Below, piece after piece: positions 17,406 to 27,214 of a stretch of DNA of 33,520 nt (position 1 is its first letter; every line of letters starts with the position of its first letter). This DNA is from Nitrososphaera sp. (GTDB taxonomy: Archaea; Thermoproteota; Nitrososphaeria; Nitrososphaerales; Nitrososphaeraceae): NCBI GenBank assembly GCA_035279085.1, contig DATEIL010000300.1:1-33520 (forward strand). The letters run 5' to 3'. Position numbers and translations under genes: made by a program. Under the pieces are notes generated by a model. It was given only the letters and a program-made list of their open reading frames with translations. It did no database searches and was not told the origin of the DNA.

Positions 17406-18428
17406 TTGTCAAAGACTGCGGCAGTAATCAGGGGCGACGGCACAGGGCCGGAACTTGTTGACGCAATGACAAAGGTATTGAAGGCTTGCAATTCCAAAGT
17501 TGAACTTGTACCATGTGACGCCGGCTCTGAATGGTGGGAAAAGACTGGCGGCAGTTCCTATATCTCGCCGGAGGTATGGAAGCTGCTGGAAGAGTCGGAT
17601 GCCTGCTTTAAAGGCCCGACAACTACGGTGCCGGTTCCAAACGCGCCAAGGAGCGTCGCAGTCAGCATCCGTCAAAAGTTCGAGCTTTTCGCCAACATCA
17701 GGCCGATCAAGACATACAAAAATGCAGAAAAGCAGTTGGACTTTGTATGCGTGCGCGAAGCAACGGAAGGCCTCTATGCGGGGATTGAATTTAAGACAAG
17801 CGATGACTCGGCAGTCGCAATACGCAAGACCACCCGGAAGGGCTGCGAGCGTGTCTCTACCAGGGGCTTCCAGGTCGCAAAGGACAGAGGTTTTGGCAAG
17901 GTATTTGCAATAACAAAGCGAAATATCCTGAAGGAAACCGACGGCATATTCTGGGCCGCCGTCGAAAAAGCACAAAAACAGTACAAGGGAATAGAGGTGG
18001 AAGAATACTACATTGACAACATGACTCAGCAGCTGGTCAAAAACCCGGAAAGGTTCAATGGAAGCGTGCTTTTGAGCACTAACCTGTTCATGGACATCAT
18101 TTCGGAATGCGCGTCAGGCCACGTTGGCTCCATAGGCAACGTATACTCTGGCAACTATGGCGAAAAATATGCCATGTTCGAGCCAGCACACGGAAGCGCG
18201 CCAAAATACGCGGGCCAGAACAAGGTCAACCCTGTTGCCACCATACTTTCAGGCGCATGGATGGCGGAGTACCTGGGAGAAAAGCAGATCTGCAGCGCAA
18301 TATTCAAGGCCACGGAAGACACCATCAATGAAAACAAGTACGTCACCTACGATCTGGGAGGCAAGGCGACTCTCTCTCAGATGGCAGACCAGATCGCTTC
18401 AAGGGCAGCCAAGATACTCAAAAAGTAG
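17406..18428 (+). CDS. Isocitrate/isopropylmalate dehydrogenase family protein
   Basis: GDGTGPE, KGPTTT, LFANIRP, REATEGLY, KRNILKETDG, NLFMDIISE and FEPAHGSAPKYAG motifs. Confidence 0.93.
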   Translation: MSKTAAVIRGDGTGPELVDAMTKVLKACNSKVELVPCDAGSEWWEKTGGSSYISPEVWKLLEESDACFKGPTTTVPVPNAPRSVAVSIRQKFELFANIRPIKTYKNAEKQLDFVCVREATEGLYAGIEFKTSDDSAVAIRKTTRKGCERVSTRGFQVAKDRGFGKVFAITKRNILKETDGIFWAAVEKAQKQYKGIEVEEYYIDNMTQQLVKNPERFNGSVLLSTNLFMDIISECASGHVGSIGNVYSGNYGEKYAMFEPAHGSAPKYAGQNKVNPVATILSGAWMAEYLGEKQICSAIFKATEDTINENKYVTYDLGGKATLSQMADQIASRAAKILKK

Positions 18429-18522
18429 CAATAGCAAAAGCAACAGCAACAGTAGTAGTAGTGGTGTCAGTTACCACCAATACTACCACCACTATAGCCA
18501 CTGCCACCAATACCACTACCAC
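18424..18522. repeat. Low-complexity degenerate trinucleotide tract between convergent genes
   Basis: (AGC/AAC/AGT)n followed by (ACC/ACT/CCA)n. Confidence 0.8.
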
Positions 18523-19061
18523 AACTTCTGTCCTTGGGAAAGCTCGTACACGGCGAGCTTTTCAAAGAACAGTTCCTTCTCTTTCACAAGCTTTTTTGTC
18601 AACTTTTCCCTTTCAAGCAGGGCGTCAAGGCCGGATGCATCTGCAAGCGATGAAACGACAACTAGAATTTTTCCTCCATCGGCGAGCAGTGGAACAGCAG
18701 ACCTAACAAAATGGACCGTGGCTTCTATCCCTGTGGGCCCTCCGTGCACCGTCCTGTCAATTAACTTGTCGTCATCTGGAAGGTACGGGGGATTGGTCAC
18801 GATAAGGTCGAACCTTAGCTTTTTCACTTGAGCAAAAGCTGAACAGGCATCGCAGCATACCAGTGCCGCATTTGTCTTTCTTCCCTTGCATAATCGCAGG
18901 GCCTCAACATCAATGTCGGTTCCGGCTATGAACTCAAAGCAGTCGCCAAGTGACTCAAGTACTATCCCCGAGCCGACCCCTATCTCAAGCGCCATTTTAC
19001 CTTTGTAGTGCATAACGCATTCGGCAAGCAGGAACGAGTCCTCAGACGGCGCGTACACCAT
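18516..19061 (-). CDS. HemK2/PrmC-like protein-glutamine methyltransferase
   Basis: VYAPSEDSFLL, LEIGVGSG, NPPY and GGPTG motifs; conserved position downstream of rsmA. Confidence 0.9.
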   Translation of the reverse strand: MVYAPSEDSFLLAECVMHYKGKMALEIGVGSGIVLESLGDCFEFIAGTDIDVEALRLCKGRKTNAALVCCDACSAFAQVKKLRFDLIVTNPPYLPDDDKLIDRTVHGGPTGIEATVHFVRSAVPLLADGGKILVVVSSLADASGLDALLEREKLTKKLVKEKELFFEKLAVYELSQGQKLW

Positions 19062-19800
19062 TGTTGTTCCCTATCCTCACCGCAAGTTCCACCAGGTCGG
19101 CGGGTGACAGCTGGTCTATCCTCTTGTCATTGCCATACCCTGAGACCCCTGCTCTTGCCGCAACTGTGGCTGCTTTTTTGTTCCGGCTTGAAAAGAGCAG
19201 GTTCAGGATTTTGACCGTCTCCTTTCTTACTTTGTTGACGGGGATTATCTTTAGCACGACTGAATCGACTGAAGGCTGCGGCGAGAAGGACTCTTTGCCT
19301 ACAGTTGTGACCTCGGCTATCCTGAAGCAATGGCCTGCCAAGGCGGAGATGGCTCGGTAATCCTTGTCGCCGGGCGCTGCAGAAAGCTTTTCGGCAAATT
19401 CCTTCTGCAGCATGACAACTGCCCTATCAAACCTCTGGGTCGCAAGCCATTCCATTGCATCGCGGCTCCGGGAGTAGGGGAGGTTCGACATGAAAACGTC
19501 AAATGCCAAGTCTTGCCTCTTGAAGGGATCGCCCAGAACTAGCGACAGGTTGTCATAGTGCGACAGCAGCAGCTTATTTTCCCTTGCAGCTGCAAATAGC
19601 GCCCTGTCGACTTCAAACGATATTACTTTGGCAGCATGCTTGCATAGCTCGCCTGTCAGAGCACCGAGGCCGGTCCCAGCCTCACAGACAATCTCATTCC
19701 TATTGATGTCAGCTGCACTGATTATTTTTGCGAGCACCTTTTCGTCGACCAGCATGTGCTGGCCCAGCTGCCGCCGGCGCCGACTGCTGCTGGTAGTCAT
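19042..19800 (-). CDS. rsmA: 16S rRNA adenine dimethyltransferase (KsgA/Dim1)
   Basis: LGQHML, EAGTGLGALT, FEVD, SNLPY, MLQKEFAEKL and FSPQPSVDS motifs. Confidence 0.93.
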   Translation of the reverse strand: MTTSSSRRRRQLGQHMLVDEKVLAKIISAADINRNEIVCEAGTGLGALTGELCKHAAKVISFEVDRALFAAARENKLLLSHYDNLSLVLGDPFKRQDLAFDVFMSNLPYSRSRDAMEWLATQRFDRAVVMLQKEFAEKLSAAPGDKDYRAISALAGHCFRIAEVTTVGKESFSPQPSVDSVVLKIIPVNKVRKETVKILNLLFSSRNKKAATVAARAGVSGYGNDKRIDQLSPADLVELAVRIGNNNGVRAV

Positions 19801-19834
19801 TGTGATTATTCCTTTACTACTGCTATTACTACAA

Positions 19835-20491
19835 TTACTTTCTTACAAAGAGGTTCATTCTGGCCTGCCCCATTATCTCCTCGATTATCCTTTTTGCCAA
19901 AAGCTTCGCAGGCTCTCTGAGGCCGACCCGAGTCTGGATGTCAATAAAGTTCTCGAACTTTTTCTTGTCCCTTTCTTTGATTATCGTCATCATGTACGTC
20001 TTGCCTATGCCGGGGATAAGTTCAAGGGCATGTATTCTGGGCGTAATTGGCTGTGACATGTTGATATACTCTACAAACCGCTTTTCATTTGCCATCACGA
20101 CTTTCTCCACGATGTTTGGCAGCTCATTTTTTGCAGTCTGTGAAATGTCATTGTATTCCAGCCTCCCAAGTACGCTTGCCACCTTGTCGCGGCCTTCTCG
20201 GCCAATGTACAGTCGCTCACCGATATCAACCGATGCATTCTGCACGCCAAGCAGTTCCAGCAGTGTCAGCCTCTCTTCTCCAATTGCCTGTATGATAACG
20301 CCCTCTCTGCCCCTCACCGTCACGGACTTACCCCTGGGTGTAAAGTCAAGGACGTATGCATATTCCTCATATTTTCTGGGCTGACCATAATCTGCGGTAT
20401 GGCCGGCATCCATCCTGCCCGGTGGCGATTGCTGCTGTTGCTCTGAAGAAGAAGCTGCATGCTCGTGCGTCGGCGGAGGTTGTCCTGACAA
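19835..20491 (-). CDS. DUF655-family putative RNA-binding protein
   Basis: EEYAYVLDF, QAIGE...TLLEL and PITPRIHALELIPGIGK motifs; canonical position between rpo4 and rsmA. Confidence 0.9.
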   Translation of the reverse strand: MSGQPPPTHEHAASSSEQQQQSPPGRMDAGHTADYGQPRKYEEYAYVLDFTPRGKSVTVRGREGVIIQAIGEERLTLLELLGVQNASVDIGERLYIGREGRDKVASVLGRLEYNDISQTAKNELPNIVEKVVMANEKRFVEYINMSQPITPRIHALELIPGIGKTYMMTIIKERDKKKFENFIDIQTRVGLREPAKLLAKRIIEEIMGQARMNLFVRK

Positions 20492-20522
20492 TGTACAAGC
20501 CTACTATGCAAAAACTATGTAT

Positions 20523-20858
20523 TTAACTTTGGGTATCGGCTTCTTTCAGAACGCTCAGCATCTTTTCGAGTGTTTCTGTAAGTATGAGCTTTTTCCAGCC
20601 AAAAGTAAATGCCCTCAATTCTTCCAAGGTCGTTGGCATGATGTTTATCACTTCTGCAGCCTCTTCCTCCGTAAGGTCACATTCATCTACCAGCTTTTTG
20701 AACATCTTTTGGGCCTGCTTGCCTTCGACTTTGGCAAACTTTGTCACATAGTCGGCAGTCCACCTCTGGATCTGGTCCATGTCGTCAGGCTTTACTTCGC
20801 CTAGGATGTCTTTTACCTGCGCCAGAGTCACAAGCTCTTTTTTGATAATCTCTGTCAT
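20523..20858 (-). CDS. rpo4: DNA-directed RNA polymerase subunit Rpo4 (RpoF)
   Basis: VTLAQVKDIL, YVTKFAK and VINIMPTTLEELRA motifs; lies next to rpl21e. Confidence 0.92.
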   Translation of the reverse strand: MTEIIKKELVTLAQVKDILGEVKPDDMDQIQRWTADYVTKFAKVEGKQAQKMFKKLVDECDLTEEEAAEVINIMPTTLEELRAFTFGWKKLILTETLEKMLSVLKEADTQS

Positions 20859-21160
20859 TGGGCGGCAGCACCTGCGGATCCGGCGAATGGCTTGATGTGG
20901 TTGAAGCGGGTCTGGAGTATCTTTTTCTTGTCGCCAAAAACTACTGCCACTCGAAGCGTGCGTTTTCCGACCTGCTCAACTTCACCTATCCTGCCGTGGA
21001 ACCTTCTGTGAGGGGTAGTAGTGTGTTCCCTAGGATCTACGTCAACTACTACCTTGTCTCCAACCTTGTAATCGTGAAGTAGATATGAAATGCCCCTGAC
21101 AACATTATCCTTTGTCAGGATAGAGCGAGACTTTCTTCTGGTACCGTGCGAACGTGGCAT
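20855..21160 (-). CDS. rpl21e: 50S ribosomal protein L21e
   Basis: MPRSHGTRRKSR, PHRRFHGRIG and HIKP motifs. Confidence 0.96.
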   Translation of the reverse strand: MPRSHGTRRKSRSILTKDNVVRGISYLLHDYKVGDKVVVDVDPREHTTTPHRRFHGRIGEVEQVGKRTLRVAVVFGDKKKILQTRFNHIKPFAGSAGAAAQ

Positions 21161-21241
21161 ATGCTACGACACTGCCAGCAGCCTTAATTTATCTCTTCGC
21201 GAGCGCAGGGGCAGGGCAGACGGCTTTTTTTCCCTCCCCTC

Positions 21242-22246
21242 TTACCTGCCGTCGTTAACATCTGAAATGCCCCCCTCCGTAAGGGTAAACAGGACTTCAC
21301 GTTCGGCGTGGTACGGGCTGTCGACCATCCTTGCAATGCGGTTCTTGCCTGATTTTTTCAGGTAAATCCTATAAGTGCTCGTGTGAGCGACGACGTTTCC
21401 TCCTGTGGGTCTCACCGAGTCGCCAAAAATCGTGTCAGGCGATGCCTGGATCTGATTTGTAAGGACCACTGCGACTTCGTAAGTTTCGGCCATTCTCACA
21501 AGGATGTGCATGAACTTGTTGAGCCTCTGCTGCCGTTCGGAAAGTGTGGCCCGGCCGAGGAACTCTGCGCGATAATGCGCGACGGCCGAATCGACAATCA
21601 CAAGCTTCACGTTCCTCTCCTCGATTACGGGGCCTGTCTCTTCGATTATCAATTCCTGATGGGCGCTATTGTAAGCCTTGGCAACGATAATGTTTTCAAG
21701 CGTTTCATGCGGATCATAACCCCTGGCCTGAGAGATCGCGGCTATTCTTTCAGGTCGGAAGGTGTTTTCCGTATCAATGTAAACCGCCCTGCCTCCAAGC
21801 CCGCCTGATTCGCAGTTCTGCTGCACCATCACGCACAAGGTATGGCACAGCTGGGTCTTGCCGGTTCCAAATTCACCATAGACTTCAGTGACAGCCTTGG
21901 TCTCCACGCCCCCGCCCAGAAGGTCATCAAAGCTTTTCGCGCCTGTAGAGATGCGGTCCCTGCGCCTGCTATACAGGCTTGTTGCCGTGACAAAGCTCTT
22001 GTCTATTATTCCAAGCTCTTCAAGTGCGACTCGGGCCCTGTTGCAAATTTCAACCGAAGCATCCATTTCCATCCCCGTCGCTTCAGACACGTCTACCGGA
22101 CCCCGCACCAGCAGATCCTTTATCGACTTGAAGCCAGCCTCCCTCAAGCGCTTTTCTGTGGCCGGCCCTATCCCCTCGATACTTCCGAGGTCAAGCTTGC
22201 CTGATGCAGATGACGACGACGATGATGGGGGTCCTTCTGAAACCAA
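21242..22246 (-). CDS. radA: DNA repair and recombination protein RadA (or a close paralog)
   Basis: N-terminal HhH (IEGIGPAT), SFVTA polymerisation motif, Walker A GEFGTGKT, YIDTENTFRPERI, Walker B VIVDS. The exact start is uncertain. Confidence 0.9.
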   Translation of the reverse strand: MVSEGPPSSSSSSASGKLDLGSIEGIGPATEKRLREAGFKSIKDLLVRGPVDVSEATGMEMDASVEICNRARVALEELGIIDKSFVTATSLYSRRRDRISTGAKSFDDLLGGGVETKAVTEVYGEFGTGKTQLCHTLCVMVQQNCESGGLGGRAVYIDTENTFRPERIAAISQARGYDPHETLENIIVAKAYNSAHQELIIEETGPVIEERNVKLVIVDSAVAHYRAEFLGRATLSERQQRLNKFMHILVRMAETYEVAVVLTNQIQASPDTIFGDSVRPTGGNVVAHTSTYRIYLKKSGKNRIARMVDSPYHAEREVLFTLTEGGISDVNDGR

Positions 22247-22364
22247 AGGCGAGATTATCCTTTGTGGCCCATACTAATTAGGGTTGAGCGTTGCGAGATT
22301 CGTTTTTTGACATGGAGCAAAGCATATATCTTTGTTCTTTCTGGTAAGCCTAAGATAGAGGGAT

Positions 22365-22922
22365 ATGATGGAAAGCAAGACGTTGGTCGTGACGGCTCTT
22401 GCGACTGTCATGGTGCTGTCAGCGGTAATCGCATACATGCCAAACGCAGATGCACACGGCGTGCAGGCACAGCTTCAGAGCAGATTCGTAAGGATTGATA
22501 ATGAGCAATTCTCGGACAACACCCTAAACACAGGGGATACACTGACTGTCTCAGGCAACCTCGAGAGTCTTGTCAACAGGCCTCTTAGGGCATGGCTGTC
22601 ACTGTTCAGCGAATCCACAAACGCAGGTAACAGATGGGAGTTCCTTTCGAGAGACCCGCCAGGCAACATATTTGACATTCCTCCAGGAGAAACAGTTCCA
22701 TACTCGATCACTGTAAAAGCGCTTGAACCGGGTACCTACCACGTACATACTCAGCTCAACGTAGAGCACGTAGGTCCAGGTCTGGGCAGAGGTCAGACGG
22801 TGAACGTCAGCGGAGAAGTGATACTGAAACCAATTCCGTATCAAAACATCGTTTACCAAACTGTGATCATTGGAGCCGGTCTCGGAGTAACGTTCGCAAC
22901 AAGGCCGTGGCAGGTAATCTAA
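22365..22922 (+). CDS. amoB: Ammonia monooxygenase subunit B
   Basis: Signal peptide followed by HGVQAQLQSRFV; NAGNRWE, YHVHTQLN and ATRPWQVI motifs. Confidence 0.97.
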   Translation: MMESKTLVVTALATVMVLSAVIAYMPNADAHGVQAQLQSRFVRIDNEQFSDNTLNTGDTLTVSGNLESLVNRPLRAWLSLFSESTNAGNRWEFLSRDPPGNIFDIPPGETVPYSITVKALEPGTYHVHTQLNVEHVGPGLGRGQTVNVSGEVILKPIPYQNIVYQTVIIGAGLGVTFATRPWQVI

Positions 22923-23398
22923 TCAAGAAACCTACCCCTTTTCCTTTTTCATTTTCTTTGCACATTGACAGATAAAATCTAACGTTGTTAATTCTCCACT
23001 TTCTGGCCACTACCAAATCTTCGGACTTTGACAAGCTCCATGGCTTTCTCGCAGAACATCAGAGGCTATGCAAGATTGATTGATTCATCTCTGTCGTTCC
23101 AGCTGACAGAGCCCACGCACGTATACACACACGCGCGAGGCAGGATGCGGCTCTTTTCAAAGCTTTCAATTTCAGGCACTTTTTGGGGAGAAACTGCAGA
23201 GACTCAACTCGTACGAGATATGGGGCTCGCGCACCCTGACGTAATAAAAAGTGCAAGTTCTATCTGGGAAAGGCCAGTGACATTGTCCGGCTGGTGTCCT
23301 GGTTCAATGAAAAGCTGAAACAGAGAGGCTGCGGCGGCTATGTGAAAAAATTGGAGAGGACTGATGGCCGACCTGTCTTACGGGCAGTCTTCTTCAGG

Positions 23399-24199
23399 CT
23401 AGGTGGCCTGCTGCTTTACGAGCTCGTACTTTGACGAGTAGCCCCGCGGGTTTATCATCATGCCCTTGTAGTTGAAGGTGGACGAATTGCCCACAATGAC
23501 TGTCGTTATCATGCCAAGCATTTCCTGAAAATCGAGCATCTTGTCCAGAGTCGTGACAACAACCTGCTGAGTCTCCCTGAATGCACCCTTTACTATTGCC
23601 ACAGGCGTGTCGGGCTTGCGGTGCTTTAAGAAAATGTCGCGGGTGTCACGCAGCTGGTGGATCCGCTTTTTGCTGGCCGGGTTGTAAATTACGGTGACAT
23701 AATCGCCAAGCGCAGCCGCTTCAACCCTCTTTACGATGATCTCCCACGGGACCAAAAGGTCGCTCATGCTGACTACTGCAAAGTCTGTCATTAGAGGCGA
23801 TCCTACAAGGGCCGCACATGAATTCAGCGATGATACGCCTGGAACTGCCTCGACATAGATCCCATTGTTGCTCACATCCCAGTCCTTCTTTGCAAGAATC
23901 TCGTAAATCAGGCCGACCATCCCGTAAATGCCTGGGTCGCCGGACGAAACCAGTGAAACAATTTTGCCGCTTTCTGCGAACCCGATCGCCTGATTAGCCC
24001 TGTCCACTTCCTGAGTCATGGCATAGCGGTAGACTTGCTTTCCTGCAATCAGGTCCTCGACAAGTCCGACATACGTCTCATACCCTACAATAACTTCGCT
24101 TTCTTCAATGACTTGTCTTGCCCTGTACGTCATGTGGTCGTGGCTCCCCGGCCCGACTCCTACGACATACAGCTTGCCTTTTGCGGTGGCGCTCGTCAT
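23399..24199 (-). CDS. cobJ: Precorrin-3B/cobalt-factor III C17-methyltransferase (cobalamin synthesis)
   Basis: LYVVGVGPG, VSSGDPGIYGM, DFAVVSMSDLLVPW, IYNPASKKR and MINPRGY motifs. Confidence 0.93.
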   Translation of the reverse strand: MTSATAKGKLYVVGVGPGSHDHMTYRARQVIEESEVIVGYETYVGLVEDLIAGKQVYRYAMTQEVDRANQAIGFAESGKIVSLVSSGDPGIYGMVGLIYEILAKKDWDVSNNGIYVEAVPGVSSLNSCAALVGSPLMTDFAVVSMSDLLVPWEIIVKRVEAAALGDYVTVIYNPASKKRIHQLRDTRDIFLKHRKPDTPVAIVKGAFRETQQVVVTTLDKMLDFQEMLGMITTVIVGNSSTFNYKGMMINPRGYSSKYELVKQQAT

Positions 24200-24234
24200 A
24201 TATCCAACAATGGGCGAAAATGCCTAAATGCAAT

Positions 24235-25683
24235 TTATCCCTTTCCGCCACCGCCGCCGGCGGCAGCCTTGCCGAGGCCGAATTCTTTGTGGAGCGCCTC
24301 CACCGCCTGCTTGCAATCCCTGTCGTTGACTACGAACGCGAGATTGAGCTCGGAAGAGCCCTGCGCTATCATTATGACGTTGACACCATGCCTTGCCACC
24401 GCGCCAAATACCTTTGCCGCCACTCCCTTTATGCCCCGCATGCCCGAACCCACGACGGCTATCACCGCCACATCGTCGTTTACATTTACCTGCTTGATGA
24501 CTTTGCCTAGGAGGTTGAGCTCGAGCGTGGTAGTGGCTTTGTCCAGATCGTTTTTCCTCACGACCATGGTGATGCTCGACTCTGACGGGCTCTGGGAGAT
24601 CATCATGATATTGACCCTGTTCCTTGCGAGCGTGTCAAATATCTTGGCGGCTGTGCCCGGTGCACCGACCATCCCGCCTCCACTGACGTCGATTAGCGCG
24701 GTGTGCCTTATTGCGCTGACTGATTTTACTATCTTTTGCGATTCCCTGCTTGGATTCTGAGTGATGACCGTCCCCGGGTGGCGCACGTTAAACGTGTTCC
24801 TTATCCTGATCGGGATCTTTGTATCCATGACCGGCTCCAGAGCCCGAGGATGCATGTACTTGGCTCCAAAGAGTGCCATCTCCATAGCCTCTGCAAACGA
24901 GACTTCCTTCAGTACCTGGGCCTCTTCTACTATCTTGGGGTCTGCAGTCATGAGCCCGTCAACATCACTCCACAGCCATACTTCGTCGGCACCAATGCTT
25001 GCGCCTATTATCGTAGCAGTATAGTCAGAGCCTCCCCTGCCAATTGTCGTGATATTGCCGTTCTGGTCGGAGCCGATAAACCCGGTGACCACGGGAATTA
25101 CCGAATCATGTAGCAGCGGTTCCAGCTGGTGGCTAACCCGGAGCTTTGTCGTATCCATCAGCGGCCGGGCCTCTCCAAAGTTGGAATCGGTGACTATACC
25201 TGCCTCCTTTCCAGTCAGAGAAGTTGATTTAAGCCCGATGTCTCTCAGCGCGTACGACACAATCGGTGCCGAGAGCCTCTCTCCAAATGACATCAAATAA
25301 TCCTGCGACTTTGGAGTGACTTCGCCTAGGAGCACTATGCCCCCGAGCACGTCTTCGAGCTCTTTTAGTATTGTCTTCACGGCGTCCACTACCTGTGATT
25401 TTAGTGCCGGTTCTGATACCGAGCCCTGGGCAATATCCAGGTGGACCTTTGAATACTTGGCTACAAACTCTTCAATAGAATGCCTGTCTCCACGCTTCAC
25501 GCTGTCTGACACCGAGAGGAGCCCGTCGGTCATGCCCCTGACAGCGGAGACGACGCAGACTAGGCTATTGGCATTATTGTTTTTACCATCCTTTGTTGCA
25601 TGCGATTTTACCAGCTGCGCCACGCTGCGAACCTTGTCCGGCGCGTCCACCGCCGTGCCGCCGAATTTCATCACGATGCGCAT
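24235..25683 (-). CDS. lysC: Aspartate kinase with two ACT domains
   Basis: MKFGGT, VVSA, SFGERLS, TTIGRGGSDYTA and DVDGLMTADP motifs; C-terminal ACT repeats. Confidence 0.95.
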   Translation of the reverse strand: MRIVMKFGGTAVDAPDKVRSVAQLVKSHATKDGKNNNANSLVCVVSAVRGMTDGLLSVSDSVKRGDRHSIEEFVAKYSKVHLDIAQGSVSEPALKSQVVDAVKTILKELEDVLGGIVLLGEVTPKSQDYLMSFGERLSAPIVSYALRDIGLKSTSLTGKEAGIVTDSNFGEARPLMDTTKLRVSHQLEPLLHDSVIPVVTGFIGSDQNGNITTIGRGGSDYTATIIGASIGADEVWLWSDVDGLMTADPKIVEEAQVLKEVSFAEAMEMALFGAKYMHPRALEPVMDTKIPIRIRNTFNVRHPGTVITQNPSRESQKIVKSVSAIRHTALIDVSGGGMVGAPGTAAKIFDTLARNRVNIMMISQSPSESSITMVVRKNDLDKATTTLELNLLGKVIKQVNVNDDVAVIAVVGSGMRGIKGVAAKVFGAVARHGVNVIMIAQGSSELNLAFVVNDRDCKQAVEALHKEFGLGKAAAGGGGGKG

Positions 25684-25700
25684 TTGGGGGTCCTCGCCGC

Positions 25701-26453
25701 TCAGTCCTGCACGCGTGGCGCCAAGTAAAAGTGAATCCTGCCCACATTTGCGATCCGAAATTCTAACCTGAGCGGCATCTTGCTGGAATATTCTGCGGCA
25801 ACCGATCCACCCATCGATACCACCGCTTTTGTTATCTTTGAGAGATAATCCAGGCTATAGGTCGCCTTGCTCTCCTCCTTGACGACGAGTTCTTCTAGCC
25901 CTTCATTGCCTGCTTCAAGGGCGATGTCTGCCTCCCCTGAATCACCGCGGCCCGTAAATGTGACCCTGCCTGACTTTGATTCGACTGAAATGTATTCAGA
26001 GACCACCTGAACGTCGGAGAGGATCTTGTCAAAGGCAGTCGCCGTCAGCACCACTTTGGAGTTAAAGTTGAGCTTTGGCAGAGGCGTCGAGCTGGCAGAG
26101 CTTTCTATCAGCCTAGTCTTGTATTCGCGCTTGTAGCCGTTTGACATCTTTACATGGAGCATACTGTCCTCGCCAAGCCCGATCTCCACTGCATCCTTCT
26201 TGTCGGCTCGCCTGACAAGCTTTGAGAATTCGTCAACCCTTATTCCAAACTTGACGACGCTGTCGCATTCATATTTTTCAAATGCAGAATTGGGCCAGTA
26301 TATGTCGATTAGGGCTATGTGAGAAGGGTCCATGCCCCTGAATGAAATTCCTTCAGCCGCTGCCTCAAATGTGGCTTCGTCAACCAGGGTTGAAATGGCG
26401 GAAGCGACGGCCTTCCATTCTTCAGGAGACTTTGTCCTAGCTACAAATACCAA
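25701..26453 (-). CDS. pcn: Proliferating cell nuclear antigen (sliding clamp)
   Basis: MDPSHIAL, YSLDYL, MPLRLEF and FYLAPR motifs. Confidence 0.96.
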   Translation of the reverse strand: MVFVARTKSPEEWKAVASAISTLVDEATFEAAAEGISFRGMDPSHIALIDIYWPNSAFEKYECDSVVKFGIRVDEFSKLVRRADKKDAVEIGLGEDSMLHVKMSNGYKREYKTRLIESSASSTPLPKLNFNSKVVLTATAFDKILSDVQVVSEYISVESKSGRVTFTGRGDSGEADIALEAGNEGLEELVVKEESKATYSLDYLSKITKAVVSMGGSVAAEYSSKMPLRLEFRIANVGRIHFYLAPRVQD

Positions 26454-26513
26454 AGTAAGCTATCTGGGAGCTCGCTCGGATTTTAAACATTGCGATAAAG
26501 GCTGTGATCCGCT

Positions 26514-26855
26514 TCAGGCGTAGTTCCGCCACGTGTGGTTGCATTTTGTGCAGCGGTAAAACTGGGTGGTGGCCTCGTCGGCAGACCTGGTCTGAAGCAT
26601 CCACCAGAATGCGGTGCCGTTTTTGCACTGGGGACATTCAATCGCGGTAGTCGGCAGAGCATCTACCGTGTCACCTTCCATCACCTTGAGCGATGCCTCG
26701 GAGCCTGCTTCTTTCCTTGCCCCTGCTGCCGCTTCTTTCCTGCTTTCTTCCTCTTCATCCTTTTTGGACTTTAGGCCGCACAGCGGACATACAAGAATCC
26801 CTTCGGCCTTGGGCTTCATACGAGGATGGCTATCGCACTGTGGACAAAAACGCAT
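26514..26855 (-). CDS. tfs: Transcription factor S (TFS / RpoM-like)
   Basis: Two zinc ribbons; QTRSADEATTQFYRCTKC motif. Confidence 0.95.
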   Translation of the reverse strand: MRFCPQCDSHPRMKPKAEGILVCPLCGLKSKKDEEEESRKEAAAGARKEAGSEASLKVMEGDTVDALPTTAIECPQCKNGTAFWWMLQTRSADEATTQFYRCTKCNHTWRNYA

Positions 26856-26889
26856 GTGTGCGTGATGACACCTCCTATTCTCTCTCTCG

Positions 26890-27168
26890 CTACTTTTTGA
26901 AAGCCGACTTGATCAGGGCGGTCAGGTCCTTCGAGTATTCGGCTGCGGAGGTTGACGCGTCCTGGATTACTTCCATTGGATCCTTTCTCTTTGTGACTAC
27001 TCTTAGCTGGTACTCCTTTGCAAGCGGGTGCTTTTGGACGACACCAGCAAAGTCTACGCTTCGTTCCTTAAGCAGTTCATGCTGTACCACGTACAATACT
27101 GAAATATCTTCTTCACTTACTTTAAGCTCTATTTCATTATCTTTGACATCGGAAACTTCTACAAGCAT
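26890..27168 (-). CDS. rpo11: DNA-directed RNA polymerase subunit Rpo11 (RpoL)
   Basis: EED.SV...V..ELL...VDFAG....HPL pattern; lies upstream of tfs; start ATG 27168. Confidence 0.88.
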   Translation of the reverse strand: MLVEVSDVKDNEIELKVSEEDISVLYVVQHELLKERSVDFAGVVQKHPLAKEYQLRVVTKRKDPMEVIQDASTSAAEYSKDLTALIKSAFKK

Positions 27169-27214
27169 AAAGGCGTCATACAGACAACTACTTATTGAGG
27201 ATATAAATGATACC

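Noticed and set aside
18157-18831. 224-aa ORF with a His/Tyr-rich stretch
   Set aside because: It overlaps two real genes, and the His-rich part is a translation of the intergenic triplet tract.
18516-21160. rpl21e-rpo4-DUF655-rsmA-hemK cluster as a novel system
   Set aside because: This is a well-known conserved archaeal gene order.
26693-27214. 5' half of the 350-aa ORF
   Set aside because: It is antisense to tfs and rpo11; only the part from about 27215 is plausible.
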